A DNA stretch of 27,939 nt from a virus (lineage: Duplodnaviria; Caudoviricetes). The DNA lies in IMG/VR virus record IMGVR_UViG_3300020172_001350, positions 1-27,939 of that record. One strand, written 5' to 3'. How positions within the stretch are numbered: the stretch's first letter is position 1; each line of letters opens with the position of its first letter. Positions 9,001 through 17,686 of the stretch are shown one piece after another. A model generated the notes under the pieces. It made no database searches and was not told the DNA's origin. It was given only the letters and a program-made list of their open reading frames with translations. The translations under genes were made by a program, and so were the position numbers.

Positions 9001-11890
9001 TATACTTTTTAATAGCCTTAACGATTGGCCTTGTATCTGGTAGTCGAACTACGTCATCGACAAATTGGTGTAGGTATACAGCGCCATCGAGTGTAATTTC
9101 TTCTCCTGCGCCAATCATAACGCCAACATGCTGTCCTTCTGAAAGGAGTGTGTTTGCATATGCCTTGTGAAGAACCATCTCTTCGCCTGAAAGGCTAAGT
9201 TCTTTACCAAGAATCTCTTTAAGTTCTTTGCTTCCTGGTGCTACTCTATCAATAATATCGTCATGTGATGCCCTTATAGCATCATCAATAATCTTAGCGC
9301 GAATTGCATTAACACTGTTTCCAGTTTCTGCGTTTGCGGCTACAAGTTTATTAATTGTATCGTCGATAAGTGCAGGTGAAATTCTTGCAGTGCCCATCCA
9401 CTCAGCAACTCCCTTTGTGAGACGATCTAGATCGTTTAGAGGGAGAACTTGGGAGCGTGAGTGCATTTTTGTAAGCGCTCTTTCCATTCTTTCAACCATC
9501 ATAAGAGCCTTGCCATTAGGAGGCATTACGCTCTTGATAACAGGAATATTGCCTTCGGCAATTGTTTGAGCACGAAGTGATAGGCTACGAGCAATTCTTG
9601 GATCTGCTGTAGGTGATGCAAGTTGTCTGCGTAGAATCGTAAGTACTTCATCTGCTGATTTAGCATCTGTAAGCAGTCTAACAATTTCCATATCCAATTT
9701 GTTGTTGAATAAACGAGATACTCTAGCGGCGCTAGTTTCTTTAGCGACAATATCTGCTACTACAGCAAATCGCTTACCTAGCAAGAATTCATTTACCTTA
9801 CTAAGATTTTCCGAAATCGGACCACCGATACGCTCAATGAGGCCAGACTCTGCTGAGATGAGTTCTTGGTAGTAACGGTTTCTTCCGATTTCTACTTCAA
9901 GATCCATCAAAGTGCCTAGACGGCCATATTCAGGATTGTTAATAATCTCTTTAAGAAGATCTGGATCACGCTCAACGTATTCACGTATAGCAGAGATCTC
10001 TGCAGCCTTAGTATCAAGTGTATCTACATCACGCACTGCTGCGTCACGGGCTACTCTTGCGCGCTCTACTGCTTGCTCTGCTGAACGAATTGCACTTGGT
10101 GCATCTAGTACGGTTCCAGCAACTCTGCTATCTGCTAACAGACTGCTAACGCTAACTGATTTAGCAGCCAAAGCGTCTAGGCTTGTGATTGCAATTCCAC
10201 CAGTTCTGCCATAGATAGCACGAACATTTGAGAAACCATCTGCTTGCCAGACCTTTTTGATTGCATCTGTAGCCAAAGCCATAGCATGTTCGTTTTTGGT
10301 AATTGCTACCTTTGCTAGAAGTGTTGCTAGATTCTCTCCAGCACCACCGTTAAACATAAGATCATCAATGAATGCCTTAACATCTAGTGTTTTAAGTGCT
10401 TCAATTGTTTCTTTAGGAAGATTAGGGTTGTTTTTAAGATTTTCAATTTCATCAAATAGACTTCCACGACGAGCAACTTCTTCGGCCACGTCTGCCTTGA
10501 GAAGTGTTGAGTAGTCTGTGGCAAGATCGACAATCTTTAGATCGGATTTTGCTGCACTTACTACGAATTCTTCTAGTCCCTGAGCAGCAACAGTAATCTT
10601 TCCTGCTTCTGGTAGTTCATCAAGCATGAACGCGCCAGGGAAACCCTTGCCTATGTTAGAGAAGTCACCAGAAAGTTGTGATAGAGCCTGAATGACTTCA
10701 TCTTGCTTTCCAGAAATGATGGTATCTCCAAGAAATCTAGCAATCTGTGGATCTGCAAGTTGAGGAAGATCTCTTTTAGTTGCTTCTACTACTGAGTTAT
10801 AGTAACTTTCGTTTTGTAGTTTTTGTGCTTCTTTGAAAGAACGCTCTGCTTGAAGAAGTTCTTCATCTCTTGTCATGTAGGTGTTCTTAATATCGCGGCG
10901 GATTGTTTGAAGTTCCGTCTCACGCGCCCTCATGAGTTCCTTTTCTTCCTTGGTAGGATTCAAGATACTCTTGGCTTTTGCAACATCGTCTGCAAGTTTT
11001 TGTTCTTGAACTGCTATTGCTTTAACTGCTGCAAGTTCTTTTCCACCCTTGAGTGCAGCAGCACCCTTAGCAAGTGGTCCAACACCGACAGTAAGGTAGG
11101 TTAGTGGATCTGAGGCAACGTTAATTACTGCGTCAATAACTCCAGATGCTGTTTTGTAAAAATCACTGTTAGGATCAAAACCGATTGTAGAAAGAGTTCC
11201 ACGACCAATGGTAAATGACTTTCCATTTACACGGCCAAAAGCCTGCATAGACTTTGCTTGGTTCTTTCCTACACGTGAGTTAGGGTCAAGGAAGAATCCA
11301 GAACCTGTACTAACTCCGCCACCATCGGCTACGTCACGAATCAATGCGCCAAGTTGAGTAGACTTACCGCTCAGACTGAATGGATTCAAGGCGTCAACTA
11401 AACGTCCGCCAGATCCTTCTTCGCCTTGAAGTGCCCCATACATGTCTCTGACTACTCTTGTTGTATATTCATAAGGGCTACGGGCTGTAATAAAAGCCGT
11501 ACGTACCACACCCTTTGTAAATCCATAAGCAGTGTCTTTAATTGAAGAAAGAATATTTTTGTCTTTTGCAGTTACAGATGGAAGATCTTTAACCATTGTT
11601 GCTGCACGGATAGCCTTTTGAATGCCGTCCATAGAGGTAACTTTATCGATACCAGGAGTATCTGCATTTGCTCCAGCCTTAACTAGGCCAACAACAACTT
11701 CCTTTGATAGGAAGGGATACTTAGATACAATAGAATTAAAGTTAGAAAATTCAGAGCCATCAAGCGTAGCCATCTGCTGATTTATGATACGCGTGAGCAT
11801 GTCATTGTCTCTGTTAGCAAAAATGGACGCGTTCTTCTTACTTTGAGTAGAAGTTGGCTCGTATATTCCTAGATCAATTTCTGAGGCCAC
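6020..11890 (-). CDS. Very large probable internal virion / DNA-ejection protein, 1956 aa
   Basis: Uninterrupted 5.9-kb ORF in the structural module; Ala/Leu-rich; segment VIDAVINVASDPLTYLTVGVG resembles podovirus core proteins; no catalytic motif recognised. Confidence 0.65.
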   Translation of the reverse strand: MASEIDLGIYEPTSTQSKKNASIFANRDNDMLTRIINQQMATLDGSEFSNFNSIVSKYPFLSKEVVVGLVKAGANADTPGIDKVTSMDGIQKAIRAATMVKDLPSVTAKDKNILSSIKDTAYGFTKGVVRTAFITARSPYEYTTRVVRDMYGALQGEEGSGGRLVDALNPFSLSGKSTQLGALIRDVADGGGVSTGSGFFLDPNSRVGKNQAKSMQAFGRVNGKSFTIGRGTLSTIGFDPNSDFYKTASGVIDAVINVASDPLTYLTVGVGPLAKGAAALKGGKELAAVKAIAVQEQKLADDVAKAKSILNPTKEEKELMRARETELQTIRRDIKNTYMTRDEELLQAERSFKEAQKLQNESYYNSVVEATKRDLPQLADPQIARFLGDTIISGKQDEVIQALSQLSGDFSNIGKGFPGAFMLDELPEAGKITVAAQGLEEFVVSAAKSDLKIVDLATDYSTLLKADVAEEVARRGSLFDEIENLKNNPNLPKETIEALKTLDVKAFIDDLMFNGGAGENLATLLAKVAITKNEHAMALATDAIKKVWQADGFSNVRAIYGRTGGIAITSLDALAAKSVSVSSLLADSRVAGTVLDAPSAIRSAEQAVERARVARDAAVRDVDTLDTKAAEISAIREYVERDPDLLKEIINNPEYGRLGTLMDLEVEIGRNRYYQELISAESGLIERIGGPISENLSKVNEFLLGKRFAVVADIVAKETSAARVSRLFNNKLDMEIVRLLTDAKSADEVLTILRRQLASPTADPRIARSLSLRAQTIAEGNIPVIKSVMPPNGKALMMVERMERALTKMHSRSQVLPLNDLDRLTKGVAEWMGTARISPALIDDTINKLVAANAETGNSVNAIRAKIIDDAIRASHDDIIDRVAPGSKELKEILGKELSLSGEEMVLHKAYANTLLSEGQHVGVMIGAGEEITLDGAVYLHQFVDDVVRLPDTRPIVKAIKKYSVLKRDIGGDNAAAQFITEFGDQWRTAQLAFRISYITRNVGEMQFRMFLSGHETLLTHPLGFSAMMYANPKGNAMQRLLTHFEKYGDDILDNSFKDPQAAKLLTDAMDEYLTFMGRKVSAGDLRSVDAKTRLLGKWYRTVDYADENFYPAFATTLARFNLDEMMPLVARADTPQLQAKLVDDLINDRPIMINGQERTNLLKEILEASFSKNQRGTGGSDFDRIFLKNPEEPFSKANLNPEGIRNWLFDPKSTGSYETALKGLMGSGQRGLYIRELLANGVVRVPTATGDEVIRMPRFKNSQSIEEGRAAEKVFREQLERLFPREEMTDAVAIFSDTKAWMSANPSILRNSVDGFFTLAAKVENIGAYGPEFRMSYWDHIGRYAPSMGLEDLLKLQKQAGKTLSGITVRTPAGKRIPVGKRHEALRVINKEIRKRQNNPNIPQLMSYNDVHVTAARMAGEYTRDLFYDASRQLDSANRLRLLFPFIQAHFNTIKSWTKLTAQNPRQIYKFGKAYQALTQPGSSAIYDLTNTKYEEGQGFFYKDDFGKQRFRYPLSGDLFGAFAGMAIGDTGAKDALQLTAPVQSLNLAFGSVNPGMPGLGPVAQIAYLASGKSQAFGPQWDFMRDIIFPFGEPGASGAGAISGLVLPAWLNKSFLFLINDSAMVERETKDWAGYLASTGKYGDNPFANDTARNELFNDAQSMSRWTGLMSAFFQSVAPATPSKEIFNKIKTDEGKFNFISSTQLYKQWDDISKENPGNFEEARKQFADRYGWQNLLVIISGSTKSVTGTEDAWSFLNKNPKIVAQYATRDADIVPYFFPGGEAAMSYYQWQIASARREKLSPEELESAAEDLVYNMELSQISEEQAANGYSDIWYTKQVVELNKLYGGKPASTIITGRQEKRATAIGEALKNPAFKDSPVFEEASEFYDSYIEKITTLQNDRNTPTPDLGSSFWLNTKYREELERLGTDLMMRNPAFSRMYYSVFANLLKKSGE

Positions 11891-12316
11891 TTAGTATAGG
11901 CCTTCTTCATTGTAGGCTTCAACGTAGCGACGTAATTCAGGTGTGGGGTACATTCTGTACATAGCACGAACAAGAATTGCACCAGGGTCAGATGACTGGT
12001 AGTTAGCCATAAGTTCATCTGGAGTAGCGCCTGCTGTGTTACCACCAGCGCCATCAGTGAACGGCTTATCTTGACTACCAGGAGCAAAGGCTCCAGTTAC
12101 TTGAACTGCAGGACGTGGTGCTGGTTGTGCGCTAACCGCACTTGCTGTTGGTGCTGTAGAAGCGCCAGATGCAATACTCTGCATCTCTGCGCGATCTCCA
12201 TATGCACCGCCAGAAGCATTTTGGATCTTGGCGTTGCGCTGAATTTTTTGGACCATGCCACGGTCAGTACGCTTAGCGTTCTTTCCGACTCCTGATACAG
12301 GTGCAATATTCGACAT
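11891..12316 (-). CDS. Hypothetical structural-module protein (141 aa, Ala/Pro/Gly-rich)
   Basis: Abuts both neighbours; GAGGA SD. Confidence 0.75.
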   Translation of the reverse strand: MSNIAPVSGVGKNAKRTDRGMVQKIQRNAKIQNASGGAYGDRAEMQSIASGASTAPTASAVSAQPAPRPAVQVTGAFAPGSQDKPFTDGAGGNTAGATPDELMANYQSSDPGAILVRAMYRMYPTPELRRYVEAYNEEGLY

Positions 12317-12318
12317 TT

Positions 12319-12573
12319 TTAGTCCTCATCTTCATCATCAATATACTCGAGTGGATCCATCTTGTTCGGCATGCCAACATCTGGCAACATCCAATCTGGC
12401 CATGAACTGCGATCCATCATGACTGTCATGCATACGTCTGTAGGAAAACCTGCGACGCGTAGTGCTTTGTAGTACTCGTTCATTGCAATGCAATAGAGTT
12501 CTAGTCTTGAATAAGACTCATCGCGTACAGTCTTTACTGCTGCCTTCTTGACTGGTTTCTTACGCGCTGTCAT
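12319..12573 (-). CDS. Hypothetical protein (84 aa; basic N-terminus, acidic C-terminus)
   Basis: AGGAGGAG SD at the end of the portal gene; 1-bp gap. Confidence 0.75.
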   Translation of the reverse strand: MTARKKPVKKAAVKTVRDESYSRLELYCIAMNEYYKALRVAGFPTDVCMTVMMDRSSWPDWMLPDVGMPNKMDPLEYIDDEDED

Positions 12574-12574
12574 C

Positions 12575-14320
12575 TTATGCTCCTCCTAGACGTCCTAATA
12601 TGCTTGCTAAATCTTGTGGGGCTGCTTCTTGTTGAGGGACTCCACCAGAAGGTTGTCCAGGAGCGGCTGGGGATTGGGGAGCCTGCTCAACTGGGCCTTG
12701 TGTGCCTGGTGGAGCCATCTCTGGCTGTGCTGGTTGTTCAGGCTGTTGAGGCGGCGTGAACACTGCCAACGCAGCATCCTGTATGTTTTCTCCCCTAGTG
12801 ATGCGATCAATCACATCGGCAATGTTCTTAATAAGCGGTGAAGGATCTTGTCCTTGTGCAGCCATTGCAGGAATTGCTTGTGCAGTTGCTGTAATAGCCT
12901 GAGTAAGATTTTCTTGCATTTTTTCTACAGTAATGCGTGTTTCTTCCATGGTTGTATTAACATTCCATGGTAGTTCTCGACGGATAAAGTCTTTGGATAC
13001 AAGGTCTGCACCTAGTGCTTGTAGTGAGAAGATCAATGCACGTGAAGGGTCTAATCCAGCCATCAAGCCATAACGAACTTCAATAGAAGTGTCGCCATTT
13101 ATGTCCTTGCTTGGCGTGTACTTTAACTCGTACGGCGTACCCTGTGCTGTTCCTCTAACGCTCTTTTCCTTGTCGAAAAGAACTTCGTCCATCTCAAACG
13201 CTAATTGGATGACATCTTCCAACACCTCAGCAAGGATGGTTTGACCAGCCTTAATCTGAGAGTCGAAAGCACCAAGTAACGCCTGGACACCTTGACCAGT
13301 AATAATACTAGCGTCAATGTTTCCAGTTCTACCCTCAGGATATCGAGCACCAAGTCGTAATTCTGATTGGAGTGCTGATTGCTCCTGAAAAGCAGCAGCG
13401 GGAATATCCAAACGGACACGCCCGACACCTTGTGGTTGAGTTGTACGGATAACTGCATCAGGACCCATAGGAAGGTCTAATACATCGCTAGGTACAACAA
13501 GTGGCGCTTGGATTGACTTTTCAGCCGCTTCCATTGCCAAGTTAGCGAAACGTGCGCGAGCCATCTGTACATAGATCACGTCATCAAACTGACCGCGTGG
13601 TTCATCATCAATGCCAGGACGACGTGCAATACGCACTGTCATCTTGCCAAGAGGATTCTTTACGGTGCTAAGAATTAAATTATTATTGTTTGGTAGATAT
13701 AGAACTGTCTGGTCTTTATCCATGTACTTGATAAGTTCGATATCGTTGCCTGTGTTCTCACCAAAGCGACCAAGGATGGTGGCTGCAAACTCTGGGAACT
13801 CATGTGCAAGTTCGTTAGATGTCTTCTTGTAGCGCTTAGCATATGCTACGCAACGTCCAAAACGATCAAACTCTGGGTAAGATCCCATTGGATCTTCAAC
13901 ACGGATGAAAGGAATCTCTCCATCGAAGTCTGGCTCTACGTGGATAGGCAAGAATCCATATGAGAAGTACCAGTCTGCTCCCCAGTACATCTGTGACTGG
14001 AGGCGTGAATGTGCAACATAGTTGTTGGCAATCATTGCTCGCTTATCAGCAAACTTACGTGCCTTGGCATCTGTAACCTTGACAGCACCACAGTTAAATG
14101 ATGGGAGTGGGGCTAAAACTTCTGCAAGATCGCGGGCTGCAACGTCAATAAAGTTAGCAACCATTGAGTGAGGTAGTCCCTCAGGGAACATATCTGGAAA
14201 GATGCTAGCGATCTGACCCTTGCGAACAGCCTGAATTTGGGCCATACGAAAGTCACGATCAGAATGCAAGCGCTTGAGATTATCAACGCGCTTAGCGATT
14301 CTTTCAATATCTAATGCCAT
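12575..14320 (-). CDS. Portal protein
   Basis: 581 aa directly downstream of the terminase; size, helical core and Pro/Gln-rich C-terminal tail typical of podovirus-type portals. Confidence 0.85.
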   Translation of the reverse strand: MALDIERIAKRVDNLKRLHSDRDFRMAQIQAVRKGQIASIFPDMFPEGLPHSMVANFIDVAARDLAEVLAPLPSFNCGAVKVTDAKARKFADKRAMIANNYVAHSRLQSQMYWGADWYFSYGFLPIHVEPDFDGEIPFIRVEDPMGSYPEFDRFGRCVAYAKRYKKTSNELAHEFPEFAATILGRFGENTGNDIELIKYMDKDQTVLYLPNNNNLILSTVKNPLGKMTVRIARRPGIDDEPRGQFDDVIYVQMARARFANLAMEAAEKSIQAPLVVPSDVLDLPMGPDAVIRTTQPQGVGRVRLDIPAAAFQEQSALQSELRLGARYPEGRTGNIDASIITGQGVQALLGAFDSQIKAGQTILAEVLEDVIQLAFEMDEVLFDKEKSVRGTAQGTPYELKYTPSKDINGDTSIEVRYGLMAGLDPSRALIFSLQALGADLVSKDFIRRELPWNVNTTMEETRITVEKMQENLTQAITATAQAIPAMAAQGQDPSPLIKNIADVIDRITRGENIQDAALAVFTPPQQPEQPAQPEMAPPGTQGPVEQAPQSPAAPGQPSGGVPQQEAAPQDLASILGRLGGA

Positions 14321-14322
14321 CG

Positions 14323-16197
14323 TTATTCCTGTTCCTCACCAAACTCATAGTCGTTGACATTGAGTACATAGCGTTCTTGTTGTTGTTTACGAGTTGCCCA
14401 CTTGTTGGGTATATGGCTCTGATTGGTTCTTCCGATTGAGATCACTTCTTTGGCGCGTAGTTCACAGAACCAGAGCGCCATCACACAGTCGGTCTTGCCT
14501 TTAGTATTAGGCTCCCAGGTTATTAATTGCTGGATCAGAGCCTTAATGCCCTCAGAACCTTCCACTGCTGGGAGTTCCATGAGGTTGTCGTTATTAAATG
14601 TTGTGCCACGCATAGTCCCAAAGAGACCTGACATAGCGGCTACACCAAACTGTGTATCCCATTTGTTCTTGCCAGTGAACTGACTCGAGAAGCGAACTCC
14701 TGTAGAGGCTAGGTACTGACGCAGATCATCATCTAAAGCGTATGCTTTTTGATGAGCGTTGGTTTCAATTCTTAATTCTTGTGGTCTATACTTCTCAACC
14801 CAGTCTTGAATTAACTTCTGGATCTTCTGTGGGGTAGGATCAAACATATTTTCGACATCAAGGATATACCTTTTGCGACTATAGCGATCTACTGTGATAA
14901 CCACTGCTGCTGTATTACCAGTCATAGCAGGGTCTAGGCCCATGATGGTGTACCAAGAACCCTTCTCAGAAGGATGTCCAGCGCTACCAGCCTTTAGCGG
15001 GCCACGCTTTCGCATCCTATTGATCGAACCTTGTACACAGACAGGGGCAAATATTGAGTCTTCTTGTACGTCTTGCTGCTGATATACCAGCGCCCAGGCA
15101 CTAGGACTGACTTCACTACGCCTGCGGAACAATGCGCCGCCGTCCCACTTGGGGTAAAGGCCGTCCTCATCTGGAACAATATCTTCATCTGAGCCTTCCC
15201 ATGGGATATGTGCCTTAGGCCACAGGGTAACCCAGTTCTCTGGCTTATCTGCGAACTCAAGTACTGCTGGCATTGATAGATACGTGAACGGTGACTTGCC
15301 ACCTGTCCAGTGTTCAGGGTTTCTAATCTCTCGATAGAGGTCGTTAGCGGCGATACGTGTGCCTACGATGAGCAACTTACCGTTATCACCCAGACGGGTG
15401 ACTACATCTCGCTGGAGCCAGAGGAGTTGCTTCTCCCACTCATGCGCGTTTGAAGTCGTAACAACGTCGTCCAGGATGATGAGGTTGGAACGGGCGCCAG
15501 TAATCTGGCCACCAATTCCGAGCGCCTGCACCGTCGGATCCTTTTCGGTAGAATCACGAGAAAGGTAAATGCGATCAGCCTTCCAAGTATCCGCATCCTC
15601 TTTCCAGCCTCCTGCAGATCCATAGACTGCCTGTAGTTTCGACCAGCGCTCGTGGCTTAGCCGTTGCTTGATCGAGTAAAGATATTCTTTAGCGCGTTCC
15701 TGAGTCTTGGAAACGATGGTGATCTTGATATTAGGATCCATGGCAATTCGGTAGACACAGTAGTTGACCGTGATGACCGTAGACTTGGCATGCTCTGGGG
15801 GAACGTTGATAAGCAGACGCTTCTTAGATGCAGGGTCATAGACCATCGACGGGTGAATGTAGGAAGGTTCTCTTCCCTCAAGCACGTCAATCCATGACCT
15901 GTGATGTGGAAAGATCGGCGAGTCAAGAAACTCACGGCTGAACTCCTCAAAGCCAATTTTGAACTTGGCATCCCCTGAAACTATACTTAAAGTCTTTTCG
16001 CCCTCTTCTCGGGCTTTTTCAAGTTCCTTCATAAAGGCAGCGTCTTTGCGCCAGTCCTTCATGACATCTGGCTTACGTTCAGCCCTTGCTAATGCATCTG
16101 TAATATCTAGCCCTTGGCGGACAAAATCTAAAACCTTTGCCTTTGCCTCTCGCAGGGCAACCACATTGTGGTGCTCTTTACCGCCTTTGGCAGCCAT
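14323..16197 (-). CDS. terL: Terminase large subunit with N-terminal HTH-like extension
   Basis: Walker A variant NVPPEHAKST, Walker B LIILDD, motif IVGTR, RNase H-like nuclease GLDPA and C-terminal TDCVMALW; AGAGGAG SD. Confidence 0.93.
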   Translation of the reverse strand: MAAKGGKEHHNVVALREAKAKVLDFVRQGLDITDALARAERKPDVMKDWRKDAAFMKELEKAREEGEKTLSIVSGDAKFKIGFEEFSREFLDSPIFPHHRSWIDVLEGREPSYIHPSMVYDPASKKRLLINVPPEHAKSTVITVNYCVYRIAMDPNIKITIVSKTQERAKEYLYSIKQRLSHERWSKLQAVYGSAGGWKEDADTWKADRIYLSRDSTEKDPTVQALGIGGQITGARSNLIILDDVVTTSNAHEWEKQLLWLQRDVVTRLGDNGKLLIVGTRIAANDLYREIRNPEHWTGGKSPFTYLSMPAVLEFADKPENWVTLWPKAHIPWEGSDEDIVPDEDGLYPKWDGGALFRRRSEVSPSAWALVYQQQDVQEDSIFAPVCVQGSINRMRKRGPLKAGSAGHPSEKGSWYTIMGLDPAMTGNTAAVVITVDRYSRKRYILDVENMFDPTPQKIQKLIQDWVEKYRPQELRIETNAHQKAYALDDDLRQYLASTGVRFSSQFTGKNKWDTQFGVAAMSGLFGTMRGTTFNNDNLMELPAVEGSEGIKALIQQLITWEPNTKGKTDCVMALWFCELRAKEVISIGRTNQSHIPNKWATRKQQQERYVLNVNDYEFGEEQE

Positions 16198-16244
16198 GAT
16201 AACTCCTCTATTAAACCCCTGATTAAAAATCCCCTTTATCGCTC

Positions 16245-16644
16245 GGCTTGCTTAGGCAAGCCTCGCTAACCCCTGGGTTCGTGGCTGGCATCAAGCCAGC
16301 CTTTGGGCTGTCTTAGCCACCCACTCACATCAAGATAGACTCACTCTGTAGGAGTCGTTCGTCTATATATACTAACCCGTTCAAAACGGGAATCCGAACG
16401 CTACATATTAGCAAATGTGATGTACTTCACTAACTTAGTATACTAAAACGGACATTTCCCCCGTAAATACTGGAAAAATAATTTAATGCGATAGTGTATA
16501 TCCGCGGCGAAGCCGCGTTAAAGCACTGGGGTCGCGTTAGCGACACAGTGCGTAGCCACGCGTGGCGCTTGAACGCGTGCCCCGCCGGCGAGGCGCGGGT
16601 GCAGGGCAGAGCCCTGCGTCTTTTAAAGAGTGCGCCGAAGGCGC
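16245..16644. repeat. Cluster of short inverted repeats/hairpins in the divergent control region
   Basis: GGCTTGC-ttag-GCAAGCC (16245-16262), GGCTGGC-atcaa-GCCAGCC (16283-16301), CCCGTT-caa-AACGGG (16376-16390), TTAGTATACTAA (16435-16446), CGCGGC-gaa-GCCGCG (16503-16517), GCCACGCGTGGC (16555-16566), GCAGGGC-aga-GCCCTGC (16601-16617), GCGCC-gaa-GGCGC (16632-16644). Confidence 0.85.
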
Positions 16645-16652
16645 GCTATTAA

Positions 16653-16688
16653 CCCCGAGCGAAGCGAGGGCCCCGAGCGAAGCGAGGG
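16653..16688 (+). repeat. Perfect tandem duplication of the 18-mer CCCCGAGCGAAGCGAGGG
   Basis: Copies at 16653-16670 and 16671-16688. Confidence 0.95.
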
Positions 16689-16696
16689 CGATTTTT

Positions 16697-16712
16697 TCGA
16701 ACGGGCGTTCGA
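16697..16712. promoter_or_regulatory. Candidate LexA (SOS) box, actinobacterial consensus
   Basis: TCGAAC-GGGC-GTTCGA matches TCGAAC-N4-GTTCGA exactly. Confidence 0.5.
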
Positions 16713-16877
16713 GTGGAAAGGGTGCGCGGTTTGTGTTGGTGGACTGTCTGGCCGAGGGGTCTAGGGCTTGGGCTGGCTGGCTGGCTCGGGCTTCGAGGGT
16801 CTGGCCTTTGGCCTTCGAGGGGATGAGATCGAGGGGAAGGGGTGAGGGCTGACTCGAGGGCGCTCGATGGTGAGGGG

Positions 16878-16894
16878 TGCAGGATTATCCTGCA
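16878..16894. repeat. 17-bp palindrome, copy 1 (TGCAGGATTATCCTGCA)
   Basis: Perfect inverted repeat about 45 bp upstream of the predicted -35 of the first early promoter. Confidence 0.95.
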
Positions 16895-16939
16895 TCAGAT
16901 CGGGGGCAGAAGGTGGCCGAGATTGGGGGGCTGAGGTCG

Positions 16940-17000
16940 TTGCAATAAGGGGCGAGCCATGAGACGATTCTCCTATCAGATCGGGAAAGGATCCCGACTG
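16940..17000 (+). promoter_or_regulatory. Predicted sigma-70/SigA-type early promoter P1 with 5' leader hairpin
   Basis: TTGCAA (16940-16945), 17-bp spacer, GACGAT (16963-16968) with TG at the extended -10 position; hairpin CAG-A-TCGGGA-aagga-TCCCGA-CTG (16977-17000) near the expected start site. Confidence 0.5.
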
Positions 17001-17015
17001 AGAAAGGGAAAAAAA

Positions 17016-17672
17016 ATGTCAGCAAAATCAGCAACAACAAGCAAGGCCAAAAAGTCAGTGTCTGGCACTGTTAATTCATCACTAGATCAGATTTCAGATG
17101 TTCTCGTGAGCGAGTTCTCAAAAGTGATCGGTGGCTCGCTTCCTGCCGAGTTCAAGGTGTTCGAGAAGGCGGTCAAGATGATCGAGGCCAAGAAGGTCGG
17201 GTATCGTGGAATTGCAAAGTCAATCGAGAAGGCCAACGAGGTCGGCGCGCTTCCAACGATTAAGCCAAGCCACGCGCAGGATTTCGTGAGCGCGAGCCAG
17301 ATTCGCACCCTCGAGGGTGGCGCGACTCAATCGCTGAAAGTTCTGCTGAACACTGCGATTCAAGCGCGTAAGTATTTCAACGGCAAAGACGGCAAGATGC
17401 CACTGGCCGAGGCGCTCGATTTCGTGGCGTCTTTCGATGATCTCAAGGCTTCGATTCCGTCTCAAGGCGAGCAGAAGGCCAAGCGCTCAGCGCGTACCGA
17501 GGGCGATAAGGTCGAGAAGGCTCCGAGCATCGAGGCGCTCATTAAGGCGCTCGGATCAGAATTGAAGAAGAAGCCAGTTCTGAAAGGTCAAGCGCTCAAG
17601 GATGCCGAGGCCGTTGCGTTCCTACTGGCTCAAGCGCTCGAGCGCTCACGCGTAACTCTCAAGGTCGCCTAG
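17016..17672 (+). CDS. First plus-strand (probably early) gene; basic Lys/Ala-rich hypothetical protein, 218 aa
   Basis: ATG 17016 after GAAAGGGA SD (ORF-track start at 16959 is probably too long); has its own predicted promoter and terminator. Confidence 0.8.
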   Translation: MSAKSATTSKAKKSVSGTVNSSLDQISDVLVSEFSKVIGGSLPAEFKVFEKAVKMIEAKKVGYRGIAKSIEKANEVGALPTIKPSHAQDFVSASQIRTLEGGATQSLKVLLNTAIQARKYFNGKDGKMPLAEALDFVASFDDLKASIPSQGEQKAKRSARTEGDKVEKAPSIEALIKALGSELKKKPVLKGQALKDAEAVAFLLAQALERSRVTLKVA

Positions 17673-17686
17673 TCCGACCCGAGCCG

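Noticed and set aside
6020-11890. Giant protein as an N4- or crAss-like virion RNA polymerase using the palindromes as hairpin promoters
   Set aside because: I found no DFDGD-type or T7-type polymerase motifs, and host-type promoters are predictable in the early region. A structure search would be needed to exclude it fully.
349-16222. Numerous plus-strand ORFs opposite the structural genes
   Set aside because: Antisense shadows of well-supported minus-strand genes, with no recognisable motifs.
16600-16618. TGCAGGGCAGAGCCCTGCG as a seventh palindrome copy
   Set aside because: It shares only the outer TGCAGG/CCTGC arms; the centre and length differ, so it was counted with the general hairpin cluster.
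16562-16852. 96-aa plus-strand ORF in the control region
   Set aside because: It runs through hairpins and tandem repeats, has no clear SD and looks like a by-product of high GC.
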